A DNA stretch of 60,263 nt, the filler included. It is 5 parts of 5 records of this genome, joined end to end, with 100 filler letters (N's around TTAATTAATTAA, not from the genome) between each part and the next. Parts side by side here need not be neighbours in the genome. Positions count along the whole stretch, not along the records: positions 1 to 14,128 come from SRR2962707_1068; 4 more parts are not named here. The stretch is one strand, 5' to 3'. The translations under genes were made by a program, and so were the position numbers. Positions 1 through 8,669 of this stretch are shown here, in pieces. The notes below the pieces were generated by a model. That model searched no databases. It was not told the origin of the DNA and worked only from the letters and a program-made list of their open reading frames with translations. The number at the start of each line of letters is the position of its first letter. Position 1 is the first letter of the stretch.

Positions 1-1
1 C

Positions 2-511
2 ATCCGCATCAAGAACGAGATGCTGGACGGCGTCGAAGGTGGCTATTCCAAGGGGCCGGATGGCAGTCAGATGTCGATCTTTGACGCGGCCATGGCGTAT
101 CAGGAACAGGGCACGCCCCTGGTGATCTTTGCCGGTGAACAGTATGGCGCGGGTTCAAGCCGCGACTGGGCGGCCAAGGGCACGGCCCTGCTGGGCGTCA
201 AGGCGGTGATCGCTGAATCCTTTGAACGTATCCACCGCAGCAACCTGGTGGGCATGGGCGTCATCCCGTTCGAATTCACCGGCGGTGACACGCGCACATC
301 ACTGGGTCTGACCGGCGAGGAAACCGTTTCGATCAGCGGCCTGGACACGATCAAGCCGCAGCAAGAAGTGCCCTGTACGGTTAAGTTCAAGGATGGCACC
401 GAAAAGACGATCCAGATCAAGTGCCGGATCGATACCGCTATTGAGATCGAATACATCGAACATGGCGGCGTCCTGCACTACGTTTTGCGCAATCTCGCAT
501 CTGAGGCATGA
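2..511 (+). CDS. acnA: Aconitate hydratase AcnA, C-terminal swivel domain (5' truncated)
   Basis: Motifs YGAGSSRDWAAKG, ESFERIHRSNLVGMG, CRIDT, HGGVLHYVLR; frame is open from the window start. Confidence 0.96.
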   Translation: MRIKNEMLDGVEGGYSKGPDGSQMSIFDAAMAYQEQGTPLVIFAGEQYGAGSSRDWAAKGTALLGVKAVIAESFERIHRSNLVGMGVIPFEFTGGDTRTSLGLTGEETVSISGLDTIKPQQEVPCTVKFKDGTEKTIQIKCRIDTAIEIEYIEHGGVLHYVLRNLASEA

Positions 512-1176
512 ATGACGCGCGACCTGTCGCGCTGATTACTGGGGGTGCGCGCAAGATCGGGCGCGCCCTTGCCGATACACTATCCCAAACCTACCGGGTC
601 GCGATTTCACATCGCGGCCCGGTGCCCGTTTTACCCGCTGACTTTACGCCATTCTGCGCGGATTTCACCAACCCACAGGATGCGCCGCGTCTGGCCGCCG
701 AGGTTATTGAAACCTTTGGCCGAATAGACCTGCTGGTGAACAACGCGGGATCCGTTGCCGAAACGGACAGTATGGCGGTCAACTATTTCGCCCCCCGCGC
801 CCTGTTTGATGCCTGCCAGCCCTATCTTTGTGGCGGCGGGTGTGTGGTGTCCATCTCGTCCATGAACGCGCGCCTGCCCGCACTTTCGGCACCCGGCTTT
901 TCGGCCAGCAAGGCCGCGCTTGAAACATGGACCCGCTGGGCAGCAAAAAGACATGGCACCGATGGGATCCGCATCAATGCCGTCGCCCCGGGCCCGGTCA
1001 ACATTCCAGAAGCGCCGCGTCCGCCAGGGATTGAAGCGCTCTTCAAAAAGGATATTGCCTTGGGTCGGTTTGCCACCCCGCAAGACGTGGCAGAGGCCGT
1101 TCGGTTTCTGGCGTCTGACGCCGCAGGTGCCATTACCGGACAGGTGCTGACCGTTTGCGGCGGCTACCGGCTTTAG
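508..1176 (+). CDS. Short-chain dehydrogenase/reductase (SDR), atypical active site
   Basis: TGGARKIG, NNAG, IRINAVAPG, ITGQVL; FSASK instead of YxxxK; ATGA overlap with acnA stop. Confidence 0.9.
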   Translation: MNDARPVALITGGARKIGRALADTLSQTYRVAISHRGPVPVLPADFTPFCADFTNPQDAPRLAAEVIETFGRIDLLVNNAGSVAETDSMAVNYFAPRALFDACQPYLCGGGCVVSISSMNARLPALSAPGFSASKAALETWTRWAAKRHGTDGIRINAVAPGPVNIPEAPRPPGIEALFKKDIALGRFATPQDVAEAVRFLASDAAGAITGQVLTVCGGYRL

Positions 1177-1293
1177 CCGCCATTACGCAACTTTTCGCCA
1201 ATGACCAAACCGTGAGCAAACGAATCGGCAGAACCGTCGTTAAGTCGCGGAAGATGCTTCCCGATCAAGAGGAAGCCGGGCAGAGGCAGAGCA

Positions 1294-1425
1294 ATGAAAC
1301 TGACATTAACGACAATTTTTCAGGCGGGGCTTCTGGCACTTTTGATGGTGATGGGGGCTTACGCCTCGGGCGATCATCCAAAGGGATGCCCTTCGTTGCA
1401 TGCCGAAGCGCAGTGCGAGCTATAG
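1294..1425 (+). CDS. Putative 43-aa secreted peptide (not in ORF track)
   Basis: Hand translation MKLTLTTIFQAGLLALLMVMGAYASGDHPKGCPSLHAEAQCEL; signal-peptide-like with AYA site; GAGG upstream; fills the SDR-ccmG gap. Confidence 0.55.
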   Translation: MKLTLTTIFQAGLLALLMVMGAYASGDHPKGCPSLHAEAQCEL

Positions 1426-1446
1426 GCGCACCACGCACAGGCCGCA

Positions 1447-1986
1447 TTATTGGGCCTGTGCGGCCTCAAGCGCGGGCAAAAATCTCTGCTGATAATCGCT
1501 TCCCACCAGCGGCCCGGCAAAGCGAAACAGCACGACACCGTCACCATCCACAATGAACGTCTCGGGCGGGGCGGTGACGCCCCATTCTATGGCCGTCCTG
1601 CCTTTTAGGTCAAAGGCGATGCCTTCGAACGGGCTTGTCTCGTCCTCAAGATAGGACAGCGCATTCTCTGCCTGATCCTTGAAATTTACCCCGACGATCC
1701 GCATGCCGTCAGCCTGCAACTGCAACAGCTTTGGATGCTCGGCGCGGCAGGGCGGGCACCAGCTTGCCCAAAAGTTCACTAACGTGACCCCGCCACCTCT
1801 TAGCATTTCGGGCGTCACGCCGGGATAGGTACCTAGGGTTTCCTGTGTGATTTCTGGCGCGGGTTGCCCGACACGGGTCGATGGTAATCCCTCGGGGTCC
1901 TCTCGAAACAGGCCAAACAGGGCAAGCGCCGCAAACCCGGCAAAGATCAGCGGTGGCGCGATCATCAGGGGCGATAGTTTAGCCAT
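1447..1986 (-). CDS. ccmG: Thiol:disulfide interchange protein CcmG/DsbE
   Basis: N-terminal TM, NFWASWCPPC thioredoxin motif, PETF; in ccm operon; start taken at MAKLSP. Confidence 0.93.
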   Translation of the reverse strand: MAKLSPLMIAPPLIFAGFAALALFGLFREDPEGLPSTRVGQPAPEITQETLGTYPGVTPEMLRGGGVTLVNFWASWCPPCRAEHPKLLQLQADGMRIVGVNFKDQAENALSYLEDETSPFEGIAFDLKGRTAIEWGVTAPPETFIVDGDGVVLFRFAGPLVGSDYQQRFLPALEAAQAQ

Positions 1987-2137
1987 TCGGTTTGCTCCGT
2001 TTTTCAACCAGATCCAGCGCGGCCTTGACCCGCCGCGCGCGCCAAATGCTGACGACCACCAGTGCCACGATCAACCCCAGCGAAACCGCATATGACGACA
2101 GAACCGCAGTCGCATATTTCCCAAGATCAGGTATCAT
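1979..2137 (-). CDS. ccmD: Heme exporter protein CcmD
   Basis: MIPDLGKYA, single TM, basic tail; ATGA-coupled to ccmC. Confidence 0.88.
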   Translation of the reverse strand: MIPDLGKYATAVLSSYAVSLGLIVALVVVSIWRARRVKAALDLVEKRSKPNG

Positions 2138-2862
2138 GCCCTCTGCTCCCTTGCGATAAGGGCACGTGTGCGGCGCGCCCGGATTTCGGTCTGAGTACGC
2201 AGAAAAACCAGCGCGACGAATAACAGAACAAACCCCGAAATGCACACCAACAGCGGCAGGTAAAACACATCTGCCACGTTTTCCTTCTTATCCAGGCTCA
2301 GGGATGCGCCCTGATGCAATCCCTGATTCCAGAAATTCACGGCATAGCGCGACAGCACGGCAAAGACCGACCCCACAAGGCATAGGATCGCTGTAAGGTC
2401 TGCGGCGGTATCGTCATCTTCGATCGCAGACCAAAGCGCCATGTACCCGAGGTAGAACAAAAACAGGATCAGGAAAGAGGTCAATCGCGGGTCCCAGGCC
2501 CACCATGTACCCCACATCGGCTGCCCCCAAAGCGCGCCTGTTGCCAGCGCGATCAGCGTCATCACCGCCCCCACCGGGGCCGCGGCCCGCGCGGCAAGCG
2601 CGCTGACATGATGGCGCCGCACAATCCAGATGATCGAGGCAACCAGCATCATCATCCAAGCATTGATCGCCATCAGCGCCGATGGCACGTGCAGATAAAT
2701 GATTTTGACAGTCGATCCCTGGCGATAATCCTCGGGCGTGAAGAAAAAGCCCCAGACCAGCCCCGTGACAAGGCAAAGCACGGCAAGGACAGAAATCCAT
2801 GGCAGCACGACATCCGTTGTGCGGATGAACTTGACCGGGTTTGCATATTCCCAAAGCGACAT
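2134..2862 (-). CDS. ccmC: Heme ABC transporter permease CcmC
   Basis: WGQPMWGTWWAWDPRLTS (WWD) motif, YLHVPSA; start taken at MSLWEYANP. Confidence 0.96.
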   Translation of the reverse strand: MSLWEYANPVKFIRTTDVVLPWISVLAVLCLVTGLVWGFFFTPEDYRQGSTVKIIYLHVPSALMAINAWMMMLVASIIWIVRRHHVSALAARAAAPVGAVMTLIALATGALWGQPMWGTWWAWDPRLTSFLILFLFYLGYMALWSAIEDDDTAADLTAILCLVGSVFAVLSRYAVNFWNQGLHQGASLSLDKKENVADVFYLPLLVCISGFVLLFVALVFLRTQTEIRARRTRALIAREQRA

Positions 2863-2947
2863 GAACCTGATGTATCTCCTCAATTCTCGACTGATAGATC
2901 AAACAACCGCACCCCGGTTGGCAAGGCGTCAGATGCGCACATAAACG

Positions 2948-3604
2948 TCAGCGAAGGTTGATCCGCAACACCGCGGCCGAGGCGAAGGGTAGTAATGCCA
3001 CGGCCCCAAAGCTAATCCCGGCCAGCAACATGAGCGGTGCGGCGACATCAAGCCCCTCTGCCCCGCGCCGCGCCACCTCGGCGCCAAAAATCAGCGTCGG
3101 CACATAGAGCGGCAGCACAAGTAGCGACAGCAGAAGCCCGCCGCGTTTCAATCCGATGGTCAGCGCCGCGCCAAATGTGCCGATGACCGACAGGGCCGGC
3201 GTGCCCACCGCCAGCGAAACAAGCACCCAAAGATAGCCGCCGGGTGCCAGATTCAGCAGCACGCCCAGCACCGGCGCCGCAAAGACTAGGGGCAAGCCCG
3301 TCGCGATCCAGTGCGCCAGCGCCTTCACGCTCACAATGCCCTCAAGCGGCAGGGGGGCGGTCGCCAGCAGGTCTAAGGTACCATCCTCCCAGTCAAGCGC
3401 GAGGATCCTGTCCAGCGATAGCAGGCAGGCCAGCAGCGCCCCGATCCACAGCACCCCCGGCGCAATCCGGGTCAGCAGTGCCGTTTCAGGGCCAACGCTA
3501 AAAGGCACCAGAACCGTTACGATCAGAAAAAAGGCGAGGCCAAGGCCAAAGCCACCGCCCGCCCGCACGGCCAGCCGCAGGTCGCGTACCAGCAAAGCTC
3601 TCAT
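2948..3604 (-). CDS. ccmB: Heme exporter protein CcmB
   Basis: Hydrophobic; [10 protein letters not shown] and [14 protein letters not shown] motifs. Confidence 0.95.
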   Translation of the reverse strand: MRALLVRDLRLAVRAGGGFGLGLAFFLIVTVLVPFSVGPETALLTRIAPGVLWIGALLACLLSLDRILALDWEDGTLDLLATAPLPLEGIVSVKALAHWIATGLPLVFAAPVLGVLLNLAPGGYLWVLVSLAVGTPALSVIGTFGAALTIGLKRGGLLLSLLVLPLYVPTLIFGAEVARRGAEGLDVAAPLMLLAGISFGAVALLPFASAAVLRINLR

Positions 3605-4215
3605 AAAAATGCCTCATCACCCTGCATTGCGCGGGGGCAGGCACAATAGGCGGCGAGATCAAGAATTGCCGCCTCTTCCAGGCCGAGGTCGATATGGGTC
3701 GCGATCAACGCGGAACCGCCCTGTGCCAGATGACTACGCACCGCAGTCGCAAACAGCACAACCGAACCTGCATCAAGCGACACGGTCGGTTCATCCAGCA
3801 CCCAGATCGGTCGCCCAGTGACCATCAACCGAGCCAGACCAAGCCGCCGCTTTTGCCCGGCGGACAGAGTACCAGAGGGTCGTTCGCTAAGATCACAAAG
3901 ATCAAAGGCCGTCATCGCGGTATCAATTTCTGTATTGCCGAAAACAGCTGCCCAGAAGGTCAGGTTTTCTGCGACGGTCAGCATGGATTTCAACCCGTCC
4001 GAATGCCCGGCATAGGCCATCGTTTCTGACGCTCCGGAAATTTGTCCGCTACGTGCCGGTTGAAGTCCTGCCACAGTGCGCAGCAACGTCGTCTTGCCGA
4101 CACCGTTCGGGCCACGCACGATCAGCGCAGACCCCGGGGCCAGATCAAAGCTCAACCCCTCGACCACGGCGCGCCCGCCGCGCGCAATCTCGAGATTTGT
4201 AACCCGCAAAACCAT
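3601..4215 (-). CDS. ccmA: Heme ABC exporter ATP-binding protein CcmA
   Basis: Walker [17 protein letters not shown] signature, WVLDEP, ATH. Confidence 0.95.
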   Translation of the reverse strand: MVLRVTNLEIARGGRAVVEGLSFDLAPGSALIVRGPNGVGKTTLLRTVAGLQPARSGQISGASETMAYAGHSDGLKSMLTVAENLTFWAAVFGNTEIDTAMTAFDLCDLSERPSGTLSAGQKRRLGLARLMVTGRPIWVLDEPTVSLDAGSVVLFATAVRSHLAQGGSALIATHIDLGLEEAAILDLAAYCACPRAMQGDEAFL

Positions 4216-4365
4216 GTCTCAGCCCTAGCCTACCGTCCTAGCCGACAAAAGCACCAAAATGGCTGTCCATGACCAAAGCCATGGCCATCGTATTTGCAAT
4301 TTCTGCACCAGGTGGGTAGGCACTGGCTCCCCTGCTCTGGCAGGCGAGCCTGACAAGGCGTCGAG

Positions 4366-4719
4366 TCAGACCGGCAACGCGGCGAGCGCCACGCGACGAC
4401 CTTCGGAAAGCAGAACATTGTATGTCCGGCAGGCCGAAGGTGAATTCATCACCTCAACACCAAGTCCAACAGCCTCGAGCCGCGCGCGCAAGGCTTGTGG
4501 AATATGGGTGATTTCGCTACCTGTGCCTAGGAACAACACATCCACTTCCTGGGACAACTGCATCAGGGTGTCCGGGTCTTCTAACCCGCCCCAGGGCTGG
4601 ACTCCGCGCAATGACACGCAGATCGGGCCATGCACCGGCTTACTGTCGATCCGAAAGAACCCCGGGCCATACCCTTCGATCGGCAGGGCATCCGTATAGA
4701 CGATTTCATTCATGCGCAT
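4366..4719 (-). CDS. Mth938-like (DUF498) protein
   Basis: IEGYGPGFF, LGTG, ACRTYNVLLSEGRRVA; usual position between secF and ccmA. Confidence 0.9.
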   Translation of the reverse strand: MRMNEIVYTDALPIEGYGPGFFRIDSKPVHGPICVSLRGVQPWGGLEDPDTLMQLSQEVDVLFLGTGSEITHIPQALRARLEAVGLGVEVMNSPSACRTYNVLLSEGRRVALAALPV

Positions 4720-4731
4720 GGTGTCGAACCC

Positions 4732-5484
4732 CTAGTCCCAAAAGGGCAACCCCAACAGAATGGCTACCAGTATTATGACATAGGCACTGGTTCTGTAGAA
4801 TTTTTCAAGTCCGGGACGGAACAAACCGGCCCCCACACGCGTTCCCGCGCCATATGGTAGCAAAAAAATCAAACCTAAAACAACCGAAGGCGGAGTAAGC
4901 ATTCCCTGAAACGCCATCAGAGGCAGTAGCAGCAAACTTGTAACCGTCAAGAAGACCAAGGTTGTAGCACGCGACCGAGCGATGGAATCGCCCCCTGCCA
5001 ACTGAAACAACACCATTACCGGGCCCAACAGCCCGGTGGCGCCGCCGACAAACCCGGTTGCCAGGCCAATGATTGACCGTGTGGCCAGTGTCGGTTTGGT
5101 GGAATAACGCCATCCGGCAACCAGCGCGAGCAGAGTGGCCGACGTCACCACGATCACCCCCCAGCGCAGCACCGTCAGATCCGTTACCCGCAGCACCCAT
5201 AAACCGACAGATGCGGACAGGCTGGCACATATCACCATCACCGCGATGCCGCTGCGATCCACCTGCCCCCAGGCCCGCGGCACCAACGTGACAAAGGATG
5301 ACAGCGCCGAAACGGCAAAGGCCGCCACCGCGACCTCTATCGGTATCAGGGAGGAGGCCAGCGGCATGAATATCAGTGCCGCGCCAAAACCGGCGAATCC
5401 ATATACCACACCGGCGATGAAAACCGTCCCTACCAGCGCCCAAAGCCCCGGAGTTCCGAGGCTCTGAACCAGGATGTCAGGCAT
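4732..5484 (-). CDS. Sulfite exporter TauE/SafE family membrane protein
   Basis: GVVYGFAGFGAAL and GFVGGATGLLGP repeated Gly motifs, about 8 TM segments. Confidence 0.82.
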   Translation of the reverse strand: MPDILVQSLGTPGLWALVGTVFIAGVVYGFAGFGAALIFMPLASSLIPIEVAVAAFAVSALSSFVTLVPRAWGQVDRSGIAVMVICASLSASVGLWVLRVTDLTVLRWGVIVVTSATLLALVAGWRYSTKPTLATRSIIGLATGFVGGATGLLGPVMVLFQLAGGDSIARSRATTLVFLTVTSLLLLPLMAFQGMLTPPSVVLGLIFLLPYGAGTRVGAGLFRPGLEKFYRTSAYVIILVAILLGLPFWD

Positions 5485-6445
5485 CGATGTTGGAATACTG
5501 GTTACCCGACGTGGCGTCAGGCCGGGTCCAGTCCCGCTTCACCCCGAACCGCAGCAACATGGCCGATGCGACGAAGATCGACGAATAGGTGCCGACCAAA
5601 ATGCCCCACATCATCGCAAAGACGAAGCCGCGGATCACATCACCGCCCAGTACGAACATGGCGATCAGCGCCAGCATGGTGGTCAGCGACGTCATGATGG
5701 TGCGGCTCAATGTTTCGTTGATCGAAATGTTTAGAACTTCTTTCAGCTCCATCTTTTTGTACTTGATCAGATTTTCACGCACCCGGTCGAACACCACAAC
5801 CGTATCGTTCAAAGAGTATCCAACGATGGTCAGCAGGGCCGCAATGATGGCGAGGTCGAATTTGATCTGCACTTCGGAAAACACACCGATGGTCAGCACC
5901 ACGTCATGTACCAGCGCCAAAACGGCACCGACAGCGAACTGCCATTCGAACCGCAGCCAGATGTAGATCAACACCGCCCCAATGGCGAGAAGTACAGCGA
6001 TCACCGCGGTCTGGATTAGTTCACCCGAAACCTTGGGACCGACGGATTCAACTGATTCAAACTGGATATCCGGTGCCACAGTGGCTAGGGCCTGCCGCAC
6101 CTGTTCGGTTGCATCCGCCGAAATCGCTTCTTCTTCGTCTTGGGATTCGATCCGGACCATCGATACGTTACGATCCGCGCCAAAGCTGGGGTCAAAGACT
6201 TCGGTGATGCTGATATCGCCCAAGTTCAGCGGTTGGAGGGCATCGCGGTAGGCGCCCACATCCACTGGCTCAGCACTGACCGTGCGGATTGTTGTGCCGC
6301 CGCGGAAATCGATCCCATAGTTCAGTCCCTGCACGAAGAAGGAGATCAGCGCGACCACCATCATTATGCCAGAGATACCGAGCCAAAGCTTGGATCGGCC
6401 AAAGAAGTCCCATTTCGTATTGTCGGGCACCAGTCGCATGCGCAT
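5477..6445 (-). CDS. secF: Protein translocase subunit SecF
   Basis: GIDFRGGT, VGPKVSGEL, GYSLNDTVVVFDRVREN, GTYSSIFVA. Confidence 0.97.
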   Translation of the reverse strand: MRMRLVPDNTKWDFFGRSKLWLGISGIMMVVALISFFVQGLNYGIDFRGGTTIRTVSAEPVDVGAYRDALQPLNLGDISITEVFDPSFGADRNVSMVRIESQDEEEAISADATEQVRQALATVAPDIQFESVESVGPKVSGELIQTAVIAVLLAIGAVLIYIWLRFEWQFAVGAVLALVHDVVLTIGVFSEVQIKFDLAIIAALLTIVGYSLNDTVVVFDRVRENLIKYKKMELKEVLNISINETLSRTIMTSLTTMLALIAMFVLGGDVIRGFVFAMMWGILVGTYSSIFVASAMLLRFGVKRDWTRPDATSGNQYSNIDA

Positions 6446-6458
6446 TCGGATGAACCTC

Positions 6459-8120
6459 TCAGACTTCGATGGTTTTGGGACGCGTGCGGCGGTACCACAT
6501 CGCAATCATGAGTCGCGTAACGAAGATCGCCGTAAAGACCGAGGTTAAGATCCCCAACCCCAGCGTGATGGCAAAACCGCGTACCGGCCCTGATCCCATG
6601 GCGAACAGAATGATCGCCGTGATGATCGTGGTCAGGTTGGCATCGACAATCGCGCTTTGCGCCTTTTCATAGCCCAGTTCGATGGCGCGTGCCGGTCCCT
6701 TGGCAGTGCGCAACTCTTCGCGGATTCGTTCAAAGATCAGCACGTTGGCATCAACTGCCATACCGACAGTCAAAACAATGCCCGCGATCCCCGGCAACGT
6801 CAGCGTCGCACCAATCATGCTGAGCAAGCCGAAAAGCAAGGCGATGTTGATGACCAGGGCGATGTTGGCAAAGACACCAAACAGCCCATACGTGAGGAAC
6901 ATAAACACCAGCACCGCAATGCCCGCCACAATAGAGGCGATGCGCCCGGCATCGATGCTGTCCTGTCCCAGCTCCGGTCCGATGGTCCGTTCTTCCAGGA
7001 AATCGAGCCCGGCCGGCAAGGCCCCGGCACGCAGCAACACGGCAAGGTTGGTCGATTCATCAACCGAGAAATTGCCGGTGATGATACCCGATCCACCGGC
7101 GATGTGGCTTTGGATCACGGGGGCGGAAATCACTTCACCGTCCAGTACGATGGCAAAAGGCGATCCAATGTTGTTTGCGGTATATTCCCCGAACTTGCGC
7201 GCACCCGACGGGTTAAAACGAAAATTCACCGCAGGGCGGCCATTCTGGTCAAAGGCCGGCTGCGCATCGACCAGCTCTTCGCCGGTGACGACGGGGGCCT
7301 GTTCCAGCGTGTAATACACACCTTCTTCTTCGGCGGCGGGCAGTACTTCGTTCCCCACCCCTGCGAGGGCATCTTTGTCCGACCCACGGCCAATTACGGG
7401 CTGGAAGGTCAGCTGCGCAGTGGTGCCGATGATCGCCTTAAGCTCGGCAGTCGAGCCGATTCCCGGTACCTGAATGAGGATGCGGTCGGTGCCCTGGCGC
7501 TGGATCGTCGGTTCGCGTGTACCGACAGCGTCGATCCGTCTGCGAATGATTTCAAGGCTTTGACGTAAGGTGCGTTCGTCCATCGCCTGGCGTTCAGCGT
7601 CGGACAAGGTCACGATGATCACATCGTCGACGCCGCTCACCTCAAGATCGCTGGACCCTGCAGCAGTCAGCGAAACGACCGGCTGCGCCAGAGCGCGCAC
7701 AACCTCAAGCGCCCTTGCCATACCTTCGGGATTGGATATTTTGACCCGCAATTCCATAGGGTTGGAGGGTTGCAGCCGCACGGTGCCGACGGTGTCGCGT
7801 TCGGGGCGCAGGGCATCGCGGACGTCGGGCCAAAGCGTTTCGAGCCGGTTGGCGTAGACATCGGCGACCTTTACCTCGGCCAGCAGATGCGCGCCGCCCC
7901 GCAGGTCCAACCCAAGGTTCACAAGACCCGATGGCAGAAACGCGGGCCACAGCGCGGCCTGCGCCTCAAGCTCTGCCGTAGACCCTTGTGTTTCAATGGT
8001 TTGCACCGCGTCATTGTGCATCTCAACGCGGGAGTAGAAGGCATTCGGCAGGGCATAGAAAATGCCCAGGGCCACGAGCCCCCAGATGACGACGCGTTTC
8101 CAGAGATCAGTTTGCAACAT
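6459..8120 (-). CDS. secD: Protein translocase subunit SecD
   Basis: LGLDLRGG, LLRAGALP, GMAVDANVLIFERIREE, GPVRGFA. Confidence 0.97.
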   Translation of the reverse strand: MLQTDLWKRVVIWGLVALGIFYALPNAFYSRVEMHNDAVQTIETQGSTAELEAQAALWPAFLPSGLVNLGLDLRGGAHLLAEVKVADVYANRLETLWPDVRDALRPERDTVGTVRLQPSNPMELRVKISNPEGMARALEVVRALAQPVVSLTAAGSSDLEVSGVDDVIIVTLSDAERQAMDERTLRQSLEIIRRRIDAVGTREPTIQRQGTDRILIQVPGIGSTAELKAIIGTTAQLTFQPVIGRGSDKDALAGVGNEVLPAAEEEGVYYTLEQAPVVTGEELVDAQPAFDQNGRPAVNFRFNPSGARKFGEYTANNIGSPFAIVLDGEVISAPVIQSHIAGGSGIITGNFSVDESTNLAVLLRAGALPAGLDFLEERTIGPELGQDSIDAGRIASIVAGIAVLVFMFLTYGLFGVFANIALVINIALLFGLLSMIGATLTLPGIAGIVLTVGMAVDANVLIFERIREELRTAKGPARAIELGYEKAQSAIVDANLTTIITAIILFAMGSGPVRGFAITLGLGILTSVFTAIFVTRLMIAMWYRRTRPKTIEV

Positions 8121-8153
8121 CGCGGGGGGCCTACTTCGGGTCAGGGAACAGGG

Positions 8154-8444
8154 TCAGGAATTCGCGGCGGGTTCAGTCTTGGACAGGACCTGAGCGATGG
8201 TGGACTGCACGACACGGACCTTGACGTTGTCGGCAAGTTCAACTTCTACTTCGTTGTTTTCCTTGACCTTTACGACCTTCCCGATCAGGCCGCCCTGGGT
8301 CACGATCTGATCGCCACGGCGCAGGGCCGAAACCATCTTCTGGTGATCCTTCAGCTTTTTCTGCTGCGGACGGATGAGAAGAAAGTACATGATCGCAAAG
8401 ATCAGGATCAGCGGGACGAACTGCGCGATGGTACTGGTATCCAT
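8154..8444 (-). CDS. yajC: Preprotein translocase subunit YajC
   Basis: YFLLIRPQQKK, GDQIVTQGGLIG; upstream of secD. Confidence 0.96.
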   Translation of the reverse strand: MDTSTIAQFVPLILIFAIMYFLLIRPQQKKLKDHQKMVSALRRGDQIVTQGGLIGKVVKVKENNEVEVELADNVKVRVVQSTIAQVLSKTEPAANS

Positions 8445-8533
8445 GGGGGCTCCTTTGACATGAGGCGGGGCACCCCCGCTCGAATTGCGCGGAACCTATG
8501 TGCACAGGCCGGGCTTTGCAAGGCAGGTTCTGT

Positions 8534-8590
8534 GCCGTCTGGACGGCGTATGGAAACCGTATGGCAAGTGTATGGCTGGCGTATGGCTGC
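8534..8590. repeat. Four GTATGG hexamers at exact 11-bp period, preceded by a small GCCGTC-TG-GACGGC hairpin
   Basis: GTATGG starts at 8548, 8559, 8570 and 8581. Confidence 0.8.
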
Positions 8591-8669
8591 GGCGCGCGGG
8601 GTCGATGCGCGCGATTGTCAGGGGGGTGGGGTATCGTTACGCTGTGATCTGGCGTGGTGAGGGGGTGCG

